A model generated the notes under the pieces. It ran no database searches, was not told the DNA's origin, and saw nothing but the letters and a program-made list of their open reading frames with translations. Positions 1 through 9,602 of a DNA stretch of 51,903 nucleotides are shown here, piece after piece (positions within the stretch are counted from its first letter, which is position 1; each line of letters begins with the position of its first letter). This DNA is from Simkaniaceae bacterium (GTDB lineage Bacteria > Chlamydiota > Chlamydiia > Chlamydiales > JAJFMI01). The DNA is taken from NCBI GenBank assembly GCA_040880145.1, contig JBBDIZ010000004.1, positions 1 to 51,903 on the forward strand, written 5' to 3'. Both the position numbers and the translations under genes were made by a program.

Positions 1-50
1 ATTGATAAGAAAAATCTTCTGTAAAGGCTTTGCCATGACTTTTTAAGGGC

Positions 51-287
51 TTACTGCAATAGCAAGCAGTTATTTAGCTTTTTTAATTCTAAGGATTGAT
101 CTATGAATTTTTTGAATTCTTTTCCATGTTCTTCAACTTTAATAATGCCAACCAATTCTCCTTCAAAGCCTTGATACTTGTTTATTATTTCTTCCACAGA
201 TAGATCTAATATTTTTTTGTCTCTGATTAAATTTGGCCAACAGTCACTGGCTGGAGAAAATTTTTCTATTAAAACTAAGTCATGCAT
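51..287 (-). CDS. Small hypothetical protein; candidate orphan immunity protein of the RHS locus
   Basis: 78-aa AT-rich ORF, co-oriented downstream of the RHS toxin and the first immunity candidate; starts 10 nt after the stop of a toxin-tip-like fragment. Confidence 0.5.
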   Translation of the reverse strand: MHDLVLIEKFSPASDCWPNLIRDKKILDLSVEEIINKYQGFEGELVGIIKVEEHGKEFKKFIDQSLELKKLNNCLLLQ

Positions 288-296
288 AGGTGACCT

Positions 297-371
297 TTAA
301 TTTACTTTAATATGTTTGGGACCTAGATGAATATGTTCCCCACCTTTCCAATGAGCCTTTCCTTGGTCATC
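297..371 (-). pseudogene. Orphan polymorphic-toxin C-terminal remnant
   Basis: Frame without a start codon reads DDQGKAHWKGGEHIHLGPKHIKVN*, a His-rich HxH ending like that of toxin tips; it lies between two immunity-like ORFs. Confidence 0.45.
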
Positions 372-388
372 TTACAAGGATAAAAATT

Positions 389-895
389 TCATTGCATTTC
401 TTCATCAACTTGTATTTCGAATTTTTCAATTTTAGCATCGTATAATTCTGCTAATTTTTCCATTAATGGCTTATTTTCTGAGTATATTTCGAAATAAGAA
501 GTATCAAATGCTCTTATTTCTATCAAAACATCATCAAGATCTAAAGAGCGAAATGGTTCGTCTTCGGTCCTAGTACACAAATCCAAATCATTTAGATTAG
601 CTTGGTTTTTCTTTATAATAGCCACAAAAATTCCAGACAAAAATTGATCTATATTTTCGCATAAATTTATTAAAGATGAATCGTCACCTATTTTTTTTAA
701 TTGAAATGATTCTATTCCTAATTTCTGGGGTATGGAAGAAATAGCATCAATATCTGCGCACAGCCAAATATGCGGTTCTATTAACTCAGACAGGTTTTTG
801 ATAATAGACAGTAGTTGAGATCCAAGGCAAATTGCTTGAGCGTTGGAAAAAACTTTGGTATCTAGGCGAATTAAATATTTTGGCTCAAACATCAT
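389..895 (-). CDS. Putative cognate immunity protein of the RHS toxin
   Basis: Acidic, AT-rich 168-aa ORF starting 11 nt after the RHS stop; C-terminal IEIRAFDTSYFEIYS segment. Confidence 0.65.
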   Translation of the reverse strand: MMFEPKYLIRLDTKVFSNAQAICLGSQLLSIIKNLSELIEPHIWLCADIDAISSIPQKLGIESFQLKKIGDDSSLINLCENIDQFLSGIFVAIIKKNQANLNDLDLCTRTEDEPFRSLDLDDVLIEIRAFDTSYFEIYSENKPLMEKLAELYDAKIEKFEIQVDEEMQ

Positions 896-906
896 TGCAT
901 CTCTCT

Positions 907-3900
907 TTAAGATAAGGATTCAGCTTCAGGGGATCTTTGAGGAGTCCCTCCAGTTGGGTTTGGTTTCCACTTATGCTCGTGTGGGTTGGGATGCTTTTTT
1001 GGACGACCATGATCAGTAAAATCAATATCTTTCACAGGCTTTCCTTGCGCATCAAACTCTCTTGCTTGTGGATATTTTCCTTTGGTGCCATCTTTTGTAC
1101 CTAATTCGGTATGAGAAACATCTGCCTCAGGAACAGGCTCTTTAGTTCGAGGGTCACGAGGCAACGGACGATCAGGAACATAAACATGGGTATTCTTCCA
1201 GGAAATGTTGGGAAATTTAATGTCTTGAGCATGATAGGTTGTTGTTGCAAGGCCACCTAAAATTAAAGCAGCTCCAGTCTTTGTCGTTACTCCTACACCT
1301 ATTGTAAATCCACCAACAGTCGTTACTTCGAGAGCAAGACCACCTACTAAAATCGCTGAACCTAGGGCAATCTCACCCAAACCAAGAAGATATCCTCCTA
1401 AATTTTCGCCATTAGGATCGTAATATCGGAAAGGATTATTCAAAACATACTGGTAGGGATTAAAACTGTCCTCAAGACCTGCAGGATCTGTTGTTATCCA
1501 TCTTCCAACCCCTGGATCGTAGTACCTCTTGCCAAAGTAAATGAGATCTAGTTCTGAATCAAAGCGCTTTGATGCAAACTGCCAAGGACTTTGTAGATTT
1601 TCTTTAGTCTGGATCTTTTCACCAAATGCTGTGAAATCATAACTTGCGGCTAGAGTTTTTGCTCTTAGGTCAACAAGGCGGCGAATATTCCCCTGCACAT
1701 CTGTGAGAGGAGCAAAGGTTTTTCCTTCCTTCTCAATGCTAACGGTTTTGGGAAGGCGATGCGTGCTTAAAACTCTAAAACTCAGAGGGGCACTTGAGGC
1801 GTTAAATGATCCAATTTCTTCATCCTCATCGTAGAGGTAGTACTCTCGGGCCGATTTTTCCGATCCATACCAGCCTTTTTTAGTCACTGTTTTTGCTAAA
1901 CGCCTGCCTAAAGGGTCATAAATGAACGCAACCTTTTGCTTTTTCGACTTCGCTTCAATCAGTTGGTTAAATGGATCATACACCATTTGTAACTGGCTTA
2001 AGCCTGTCTTCTTAAGAATCTGATTTCCTCTTAGGTCGTATTCATAAATAGCGCTGTCATCAGAAAGCAATTCATTTAAATCATTGACTTCATAAAGGTT
2101 CCCATTCTTCTGAATTCGGTTATAAAGGGAGTCGCTGGAATAATTATTTGCATTTGAAGGTGATGCTTCCTGGAGCATTTGAGAAGTATCATCATATTGA
2201 TAATGTGATTCTGCTTTATTGGTTATTTTAGAGATTAGATTTTGGACAGCATCATATTTATATTCTTCTGAGAAATAAGAGGATGCGATATGGGTTTTTT
2301 GTCCTCTTGGATCTGTAGCGTGAGTGATAGTACCTAGATTTCCAATGAGAGATTCTTGTATAAGATTCCCACTCTGGTCATATTCGTCATATTCGTGCTT
2401 GTATAATATACTGCCGCGTGCCGATTCCCTCTCTATTTTTCTTAAAAACATAGGATCATAGACGTAGCGAACTTGACCATAGCCCACTACATTAAGCGAC
2501 AGAAGTCTATTAAAATCGTCATATGTCTTAGTGATTCGAGCTCCATGTGGAAATATTTCAGCAGTAACGTTCCCAAAGGGGTCGACTTCTCGCTCAATAG
2601 TAAGGTTCTGTTTTTCATCGACGGCAAGCAGGAGGTGCCCCAATTTATTGTGAGTAAAAGCGTGATGAATCATCCCATCCGAAGAATCTACTCGGGCTAA
2701 AAACCCTAGGGGGTGATAGCGGTAATAGAGGGTGATTCCATCGGGATGGGTTTTCTTTTCCATCTTCCCTGATGGGGAATAAGCGTAATTTGTTTCTCTT
2801 GCATTCTGAGTGCCATAGCCCCTTGTTAAACTTTCTACTTGGTGATCAGGGGTATAAGAGTACTTGACTGTCTGAGTCGTTTGGAATCTCTCGTCTTCGT
2901 AAACGTGATCTCGATGAAAGATAAGATTGCCTTGGGGATCATAAGTCATTTCATGGCAGGAGACTACTTGTCCACTCAATCCGAGCTTTTCCACTTTTAC
3001 ATTGCGAGTGAGTGCACCTTGAGTCTCTAAAATAGAAACACCATCAGGGTCTATAGTTTTGACCTGAAGAACCTTTTGTCCTAGAATATTTGAGTGAGTT
3101 TCATCATAAGAAATTTGAGTTTCGTACCCTAATGCATCTTTTTTCAGAATTTTTCTTTGAAATGGGTCGTAGGCAAATGACTCTATAGCTTCTTCCCCAT
3201 TGATAATGCGGATAATGGATTCTCTATTGCCATCTGCATCGTAGGAGTAACTCATTTTATAAAGGAGGTGTCCGGCAAGATCCGTCTTCTTTTCTAGTGT
3301 GACACGATCTTCCAAGTCTCTCTCATAATGCGTGACAAGGGCATCATCACCATTATGTTTGTAAACAGTGGCAAGCCGCCCTAATGGATCGTATTTAAAT
3401 TCCGTGACTCTTCCGCAAAACTCCTCTCGAATTTTTCTGCCGGCTCCATCATAGGAGTAGTGCTTCAGATTTCCTTCTTTATCGGTCTCGGTAAGAAGGT
3501 TAAAGCCACTATAAGTGAATGTTTCTTCAGCAAGAATTTCATCTTGTTTTGAAATGTATGTTTTTTTGAGGACTCGCCCAAGAACATCATTTTGCATACG
3601 GATCGTAAGCCCATCGGGATCGGTATGGGAGATGAGTTTTCCATTAAGGGCATATCTAAAATGCTCTTTCCCACCACTCTGATAGAAAATTTCGACAGGT
3701 GATCCATAAGCATTATACTGGAATGTTGTGACATTTCCATTAGGGTCGGTTTTTGTTAGCTCTCTCCCAAAGGGATCATAACTTGAATGGGTGGTTACAG
3801 CAGTAGCTTGGCCGATTGCTGAAGCAATAGAGGGAAACTCTGTTTGAATAATTTCATTGATGAGTGGATCATACTTGTAGTAGGTACGGTTGCCAAAAGG

Positions 3901-6027
3901 ATCTTGTCTTTCAACTAAACGATCGTAAAAATCATATCTTGAAGAGATGGTATGACGATTTCCATCATCCCCTTCTTCCACAATTTTGCGAAGTCGACCT
4001 TTTGTATCATAAGAGAAATTTTTATGAATTCTTCCTGAAAAATTCTCCTTGTGTTTGAGACGCCCCTTAGCATCGTATGAATAGACGGCTTGCTGTCCTA
4101 AGCGATTGGTCTCTCCTAGAATGTCCCCTCGTTCATTATAGGTTTTGTAGATGGTATAAGCTAAAGTGTCTTCTGCATCAAAGATCTCCTCTTCAGCAAC
4201 GTTCCCATGCTGATCATAAACCAAATGAGCCTTCTTTAGAGGCTTTTCAATCCCTGATTCCAGATAGGTCTCAATGACCCACTCCGGCATATGAAGAAAT
4301 GGCGCTGATGCGCGCAAGAGATAAGAAGTAATCAGTCTTTGTGTGACATGGGAGAGATCGTCTTTATTTTCACTCACCCCATCGTCAGAAATTGTCTGAA
4401 TTAAGTTATGACAATCATCATAGCATGAGAACTCTCGAAGGATGATTTTATCTCCATTTTTTGTGAGTTTTAAGGTGAGGAGATTGGTATTTGGAAGGTA
4501 GGTAAAGCAAACGACTTTTCCATCGTCGGTTTCCTCCCTGAGAAGAAGGTTTTTCCCATCCTCGGAAAATCTTCTTTTGGTTGTAAATGTATCTTGGCCT
4601 CCTTCGCCTGTGAGATCCCCAGAAAAAACTTCGGTGGTGGGGTTGCCAAACTTGTCATATTCAAACGATTTTTTATAGAGCAACTTTTTCTGAGCATCTC
4701 TCATTTCAACTGCTTTGAGCCAATTCTTATCATCCCAAGAGAAAATTTTCTCTTTTTTAAGAATTCTATCTTCTCCAAAGTATTGGATTGCAGTCGTGAG
4801 AAGGTTTTTGGAAAAGTGATAGGTAATAGAAGTGCCATCGCTATTTTTAACGGTGGTTGTCCCTGATTTCTCCCCGGCCTCTGGGGGTTGGTAGGAAAGT
4901 TCATAGACCGGTTCAAAACCGTCGCCTTGGCCTACAGGCAAGAGAAGCTTATGGACTCTAAAATGCTGAGGCCCTTCTCCAAAACCTTTATTTACAACTT
5001 TGAAAACATCATCTTTTCCGCTGTAGGAGCCTAGCTGAAACTTACCACAGTAATCTAAGGATTCATGCCGGAATAGGGGACTGCTAATCGATGAAAGAAT
5101 GGGTGGACAAAGGAAATTATACTCTTCTTTATGCCTCTTGTCGCCATACCAATGTTTGGTTTTTTCCTTAACTTTTACATGGATGGTTCTTTTTTCATAT
5201 TTGTAGTCTGTAGTTTGACCGGAGGAGGATGTAAATCGGCAACTACTTGCCCATGGCGATCCATTAATTTGAAGGGAGGCGTATACAAAACGCTCTTTAG
5301 GATCTAAGCTTTCTACATAGGTTAGCTGCCAGCTTTCGTCGTAGTGGTATTTGAGAACCTTGCCGCTTGGAAGTATTTCTTTTTCCAGTAGATAGAGTTG
5401 ATCCGACCTTGTCGACCATCCCTTTCTATAATAAAGTCTGGTCGTACCATCTGCTGTATGAACGGTGATTTTATTGCCATCAGCTTCATAGGAAACTTTG
5501 GTATTTCGTGGATCATATTTTCCGCTAGGAGTTTCTCCAGATGCATTACTGAGCCCAAAGGCTAATGAAGATAGCTTTGCTTTGCAGCCATTTAACTCAA
5601 AATTAAGAGTCATACCACTTGGGTCTGTGAGTAGAATTTTTTGGCTGGATGGTGTAAATTGCAATTTTAAATGAGGATAAAATTGCCAGCCTTTGTAATT
5701 GTGAGCGACATGTTGGTAAAGGTTGTATTTATCCGACTCTTCTTGATGGTGTTTTTCTTTCGGAAAATGGCATGGCATCTGCGGAGCAATGTAGATACGG
5801 CTTAAAGTGATGTTTTGAGCCCCCTTGGCAACAAGATCCGTAATCCTAAGTGTGGGCCTTCCACTCAAAGGACTAATAAGCCCCCCAATGAGAAACTCAG
5901 GCTCACTACTTAAACTTGCTACTTGTTCGGGAGTAGATAAGAAGAATTCTTCTTTTGCCTCTTCATCGTAAGCGAAAGCAGGGGTCATAAAGAGGCAGCA
6001 GATCAGAGTCATAATCACGCGTATCAT
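907..6027 (-). CDS. RHS/YD-repeat polymorphic toxin with signal peptide and His-rich C-terminal toxin domain
   Basis: Signal peptide ending AFA; N-terminal SPLSG...DL...LSRIY module; many YD repeats; core RYYDPGVGRWITTDP...NNPFRYYDPNG (DPNG at aa 1537-1540); hydrophobic Gly/Ala segment; tip DIDFTDHG...HPNPHEH. Confidence 0.92.
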   Translation of the reverse strand: MIRVIMTLICCLFMTPAFAYDEEAKEEFFLSTPEQVASLSSEPEFLIGGLISPLSGRPTLRITDLVAKGAQNITLSRIYIAPQMPCHFPKEKHHQEESDKYNLYQHVAHNYKGWQFYPHLKLQFTPSSQKILLTDPSGMTLNFELNGCKAKLSSLAFGLSNASGETPSGKYDPRNTKVSYEADGNKITVHTADGTTRLYYRKGWSTRSDQLYLLEKEILPSGKVLKYHYDESWQLTYVESLDPKERFVYASLQINGSPWASSCRFTSSSGQTTDYKYEKRTIHVKVKEKTKHWYGDKRHKEEYNFLCPPILSSISSPLFRHESLDYCGKFQLGSYSGKDDVFKVVNKGFGEGPQHFRVHKLLLPVGQGDGFEPVYELSYQPPEAGEKSGTTTVKNSDGTSITYHFSKNLLTTAIQYFGEDRILKKEKIFSWDDKNWLKAVEMRDAQKKLLYKKSFEYDKFGNPTTEVFSGDLTGEGGQDTFTTKRRFSEDGKNLLLREETDDGKVVCFTYLPNTNLLTLKLTKNGDKIILREFSCYDDCHNLIQTISDDGVSENKDDLSHVTQRLITSYLLRASAPFLHMPEWVIETYLESGIEKPLKKAHLVYDQHGNVAEEEIFDAEDTLAYTIYKTYNERGDILGETNRLGQQAVYSYDAKGRLKHKENFSGRIHKNFSYDTKGRLRKIVEEGDDGNRHTISSRYDFYDRLVERQDPFGNRTYYKYDPLINEIIQTEFPSIASAIGQATAVTTHSSYDPFGRELTKTDPNGNVTTFQYNAYGSPVEIFYQSGGKEHFRYALNGKLISHTDPDGLTIRMQNDVLGRVLKKTYISKQDEILAEETFTYSGFNLLTETDKEGNLKHYSYDGAGRKIREEFCGRVTEFKYDPLGRLATVYKHNGDDALVTHYERDLEDRVTLEKKTDLAGHLLYKMSYSYDADGNRESIIRIINGEEAIESFAYDPFQRKILKKDALGYETQISYDETHSNILGQKVLQVKTIDPDGVSILETQGALTRNVKVEKLGLSGQVVSCHEMTYDPQGNLIFHRDHVYEDERFQTTQTVKYSYTPDHQVESLTRGYGTQNARETNYAYSPSGKMEKKTHPDGITLYYRYHPLGFLARVDSSDGMIHHAFTHNKLGHLLLAVDEKQNLTIEREVDPFGNVTAEIFPHGARITKTYDDFNRLLSLNVVGYGQVRYVYDPMFLRKIERESARGSILYKHEYDEYDQSGNLIQESLIGNLGTITHATDPRGQKTHIASSYFSEEYKYDAVQNLISKITNKAESHYQYDDTSQMLQEASPSNANNYSSDSLYNRIQKNGNLYEVNDLNELLSDDSAIYEYDLRGNQILKKTGLSQLQMVYDPFNQLIEAKSKKQKVAFIYDPLGRRLAKTVTKKGWYGSEKSAREYYLYDEDEEIGSFNASSAPLSFRVLSTHRLPKTVSIEKEGKTFAPLTDVQGNIRRLVDLRAKTLAASYDFTAFGEKIQTKENLQSPWQFASKRFDSELDLIYFGKRYYDPGVGRWITTDPAGLEDSFNPYQYVLNNPFRYYDPNGENLGGYLLGLGEIALGSAILVGGLALEVTTVGGFTIGVGVTTKTGAALILGGLATTTYHAQDIKFPNISWKNTHVYVPDRPLPRDPRTKEPVPEADVSHTELGTKDGTKGKYPQAREFDAQGKPVKDIDFTDHGRPKKHPNPHEHKWKPNPTGGTPQRSPEAESLS

Positions 6028-6194
6028 TTCACCACCTCCATTAAAGAAAATTATTTAATATTAAGATTCGGATGATAACGCAAAAACTCTTTATTAATGA
6101 AGAAAAAATGTAAGCAAAGGAGTCTTTTTAAGAAAAGAGCGTTGAAAGGAGAGTTGCCAATAGGAGGCTTTGAAGGCCTATTCCTCCAATGAGG

Positions 6195-6572
6195 TCAAAT
6201 GTGTTTGACCTGTCTTGCTTTTACAGAAGATTCAGTTAAAGTATTGGTGAGTAAACAGGAGTAGTTGGGATCACCGCTTGAACCAATTTCAATTGGAATA
6301 TCTGAAAGCCATGAGGCGCTGGTTTCGACGTCATCCGGAGAGATTAACCAAACCGAATTGTCGGAGAGCTCGAGCATCCTTCCGCCGTGGATATTGATGC
6401 TGACAAAAAGAGTGTGCCCCTCTTCTGTTTTAGGATATTCACAGCCGGGTCCGGCCTTAGAGGGGGCCTCTGCCGGAGTATCGACTCCGAGTAAAGTAGA
6501 GATTAAAAAAAAGCAGGCTGAAAGTTTTGCAAAAGACATAAAGATTCTTAGGGTTTTTTCTCCTTTTCCCAT
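6195..6572 (-). CDS. Hypothetical exported protein
   Basis: Hydrophobic N-terminal segment followed by a beta-rich domain (LELSDNSVWLIS...LLTNTLTESSVKAR); the start may be an internal Met. Confidence 0.6.
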   Translation of the reverse strand: MGKGEKTLRIFMSFAKLSACFFLISTLLGVDTPAEAPSKAGPGCEYPKTEEGHTLFVSINIHGGRMLELSDNSVWLISPDDVETSASWLSDIPIEIGSSGDPNYSCLLTNTLTESSVKARQVKHI

Positions 6573-6586
6573 AACATAAGAATTGT

Positions 6587-7495
6587 ATGTGGGTCAATAT
6601 TGGATTTATTATTATAGGGATTGTGCTTCTTTATGGAGGCGCGGAGCTGATTGTTGAGGCGAGTCGACATCTAGCGAATTCTTGGCGGATTGGCGAGTAT
6701 CTTGTAGGCTCAAGTCTTGTAGCCTTTGCCACTTCAATGCCGGAGGCGGTGACAACGTTAACAGCTCAAGCTGAAAACTATTCGGGCGATCTCATTATGG
6801 GCAATCTTATCGGTTCAAATATTGCAAATCTTGGCTTGATTCTTGGAATTGGGCTTCTCATTCGACCGGCTGTCGTTCAAAAAATGTCACTCAAAAGACC
6901 CCTGCTCTTTCAGCTTTTTATGTATATCCTTCTCTTTGCTTTAATGCTTTTTAAGCCCTTAAGGATTTGGCAAGGTCTTATCCTGCTCGCACTTTTTTTT
7001 CTGTATTATTTTTTTCAATTTAAGCGAGATCATAGTGAAGACTCTTTCAACTACAAAAATTTGAACCTGGCGGCCATTACGCGCTCATTAGTTGGAGCGG
7101 GGCTTCTTTTTTTAGGCGCTCAAAAGCTTCTACAAGGAAGCGCGCACTTTGGGCATGCTTTTGGTCTTTCAAATCGTGTTATCGGACTAACTTTTGTAGC
7201 AATTGGAACCTCTCTTCCAGAGCTTTCAACGACAATGATTGCTGTAATAAAAAAACGGGAAGAAGTTTTGATTGGCAATTTATTAGGATCTAATCTTTTC
7301 AATATTCTTTTTATTCTTCCTCTAGCGCTTCTTGTTAGTCCTCTATTTCTTTCTTCTCCCTTTTTGATCTATGATCTCTTCTTGGCCTTTTTATTCACGA
7401 CTTTACTTTTATTATTTGAACGGTATTTAAACCGAATTGCGGGAATTTTTCTCTTGCTTTCGTATTTCTCTTATCTTTATTTTATTAATCAATAA
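6587..7495 (+). CDS. yrbG: Calcium/sodium antiporter (CaCA, YrbG-like)
   Basis: Two alpha repeats, ATSMPE...GNLIGSNIAN and GTSLPE...GNLLGSNLFN; about 10 TM helices. Confidence 0.9.
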   Translation: MWVNIGFIIIGIVLLYGGAELIVEASRHLANSWRIGEYLVGSSLVAFATSMPEAVTTLTAQAENYSGDLIMGNLIGSNIANLGLILGIGLLIRPAVVQKMSLKRPLLFQLFMYILLFALMLFKPLRIWQGLILLALFFLYYFFQFKRDHSEDSFNYKNLNLAAITRSLVGAGLLFLGAQKLLQGSAHFGHAFGLSNRVIGLTFVAIGTSLPELSTTMIAVIKKREEVLIGNLLGSNLFNILFILPLALLVSPLFLSSPFLIYDLFLAFLFTTLLLLFERYLNRIAGIFLLLSYFSYLYFINQ

Positions 7496-7503
7496 AAGGG
7501 TTT

Positions 7504-8025
7504 TTAGTTTTGCCCTTGCTTTTTAAACGATCCAAAGTTTTCATTTATAAACTTATTTTCGATATAATTATCCTTAATTTTATTAAATTGAGAATTCAAA
7601 ATGTGAAAGGGAATATACGTTACAATACGATGGCGATAGGAACTGTTTGGAAGGAGGGTTTTTTGTATATCATTTTGATATTGGCGATTTGTTTTATTGG
7701 AAATATAGATTAATTTAAGGCTTGTTATAACAATAGAAATAAAATTTACTATTATTGACCAGAGCTCTAGTAAGGCTGCAATTAAATTTCCGATAATTGG
7801 AATTGCCTTTAAGCCTAATTCTATGTAAGTGACATTTTCTAGATACAATTCAAAGGAAGGATCGAAAGACTCATTACTAGGACAGTAGTAAGGTTCATTT
7901 TCATTTTGATGCTTTTTATAGATCAAATACGAATTGGTTAGCGAATTTGCTCCAGGAATTAAGGATGCAACGTTAAACCCGAGTAATTTAAAACTAAAAG
8001 GTTCTGTTTCGGAACTTATAGACAT
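7504..8025 (-). CDS. Hypothetical AT-rich membrane protein, effector/Inc-like
   Basis: Ser-rich N-terminus, related motifs LIPGANSL and AIPIIGNLI, and a long hydrophobic stretch. Confidence 0.6.
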   Translation of the reverse strand: MSISSETEPFSFKLLGFNVASLIPGANSLTNSYLIYKKHQNENEPYYCPSNESFDPSFELYLENVTYIELGLKAIPIIGNLIAALLELWSIIVNFISIVITSLKLIYISNKTNRQYQNDIQKTLLPNSSYRHRIVTYIPFHILNSQFNKIKDNYIENKFINENFGSFKKQGQN

Positions 8026-8093
8026 AGTAAACCTAAATTATTTTTAATTAATTATAGCATTTATATGAATTATTGAAAACTTTAATAAATATT

Positions 8094-9602
8094 TTAATTT
8101 GGATAAAGTCTATGTATCTCTTGCTTAAGAGCTTCAATCATTTTTGGGTGATGGTCTTGCTCATTCAAAAGATGCTCGCAGCGCTTGAAATGGTGAAAGG
8201 CGGTTGGAAAGTCGTAGCGTTTCAAGGCAAGGTGGGTTAGATAGTATTCAACGGTTGGGTTTTTGTCATTGAGAAGATGGTAAGACTGAAGAGCTAGATA
8301 GGCTTCAGGGAGTCTCGAAAGCTGAAGATAGGTGATCGCAAGATGGAACCAGCCTTCTTGAAAGCGCGGCCACTTTTTAAGTAGAGATTGAAGGTTTTTT
8401 TGCTTTGCTTCAATGGATTGAATGGTATCATCAACTGGAGAAAAAATAATTTGAATTCCTTCTTTATCGATATGCTTTTCCAGGTAGTCAAGCGGAAGGG
8501 TTTCAGCTGTTGTCGCATCTTTAAAGGGTTTACCGGCTATCTTTTTTAGTAACGTCGTTCCTTCATCTTCTTTGCCAAGCAAGATGTAGTTATAGCCGAG
8601 CAAAAGTGTAAGCAAGGGGTCCTCTTCAAGAAAAAGAGCTGCTTTTTGATAGAGGGGCAGGGTTTCTTCATAACGCTCTTTTTGCCAAAGCGCAGCGGCT
8701 TGGTTAATAAAGGCTAAACCAACGACTTCTTTGATGGGGCGTCTTTGTAAAATTCGGGTGTTGACTCCCAGGTAGGTTTCATCTTTTGGATTGATTCCCC
8801 GGGCGGTCGTTTCAATGTTTAGCTTTTCCTCTTCTAGACGAAGAAAAATGTGGCCGGGTGGGGTGATGATGGCAAGGTCGAGGTCTAGGCGTTGAGCAAG
8901 AGCAAGATAGAGGATTGAGACGCCGAGGCAGACGCCCTGCCGGCTATCGAGCACAGAGGGGAGGAAGGTATAAAGGTCGATCTCTTCAGCGTAGAGGGAG
9001 TGGGGGGGGAATCGAAATCCTTGTTCAAAAAAGATGAAGTGCGAGATGGCACGGACTTTTTCAAGGGGAGTCGCTTCCTGATTTAGATGGGCTAAAATTT
9101 GAAGCGCCATGAGATCGATTTGAGCTTCAAAAGTGTTGATGTCAGATGGAGAGTGCTCCTCAAAGAGGAAGAGCGCTCTTGCTAGGTCGACCTCTTCGCT
9201 TTGAAGCTTTAAGATTTGATCCTGCTTTAGAGCTTTATAGCCCTTTAATTGCCGGTTGCCTAAAAAAGAGCTGAGGGCTTCGATTGTTTGAAGAGACTTT
9301 TCTGAGAGGTCCACTTTTGTTTGGTAGGGAGCGCGGTTTACAAGTTGGATGATACGGTCAAAATCAAGGTCGGGTAGGTTGAGGTCAAATGGAGATGGGG
9401 GCGGATTGGGATGATGTTTCGTTAAGAGCTGCCAGGCTTTGGCTTTGGCTTTTTTCCCCTCCTCTGTTTGCGGGTAGAGATTGTAGAAGGCAAAGTGCTT
9501 TGAGATGGAATGAGGGTCTAGGCTGTAAGAGAGCGCTTTAAGCTCTTTTTCAGAGGGCGGCGGCGGCGTAACAAAGAGTGAAAGAATAAGAAGCCATTTC
9601 AT
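8094..9602 (-). CDS. Transglutaminase-like (SirB1/Transglut_core2-type) TPR protein with signal peptide
   Basis: GVCLGVSILY, PGHIF and NIETT motifs, TPR-like helices, hydrophobic N-terminus; start overlaps the malQ stop by 4 nt. Confidence 0.8.
   Translation of the reverse strand: MKWLLILSLFVTPPPPSEKELKALSYSLDPHSISKHFAFYNLYPQTEEGKKAKAKAWQLLTKHHPNPPPSPFDLNLPDLDFDRIIQLVNRAPYQTKVDLSEKSLQTIEALSSFLGNRQLKGYKALKQDQILKLQSEEVDLARALFLFEEHSPSDINTFEAQIDLMALQILAHLNQEATPLEKVRAISHFIFFEQGFRFPPHSLYAEEIDLYTFLPSVLDSRQGVCLGVSILYLALAQRLDLDLAIITPPGHIFLRLEEEKLNIETTARGINPKDETYLGVNTRILQRRPIKEVVGLAFINQAAALWQKERYEETLPLYQKAALFLEEDPLLTLLLGYNYILLGKEDEGTTLLKKIAGKPFKDATTAETLPLDYLEKHIDKEGIQIIFSPVDDTIQSIEAKQKNLQSLLKKWPRFQEGWFHLAITYLQLSRLPEAYLALQSYHLLNDKNPTVEYYLTHLALKRYDFPTAFHHFKRCEHLLNEQDHHPKMIEALKQEIHRLYPN

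Noticed and set aside
1..36. Possible gene start (MAKPLQKIFLIN) on the minus strand running off the window
   Set aside because: Only 12 codons are visible, which is not enough to support a call.
2473..5558. Short antisense or alternate-frame ORFs inside the RHS gene (and likewise inside cdsV, infB, rpsA)
   Set aside because: Shadow ORFs of long, well-supported genes with no motifs of their own.
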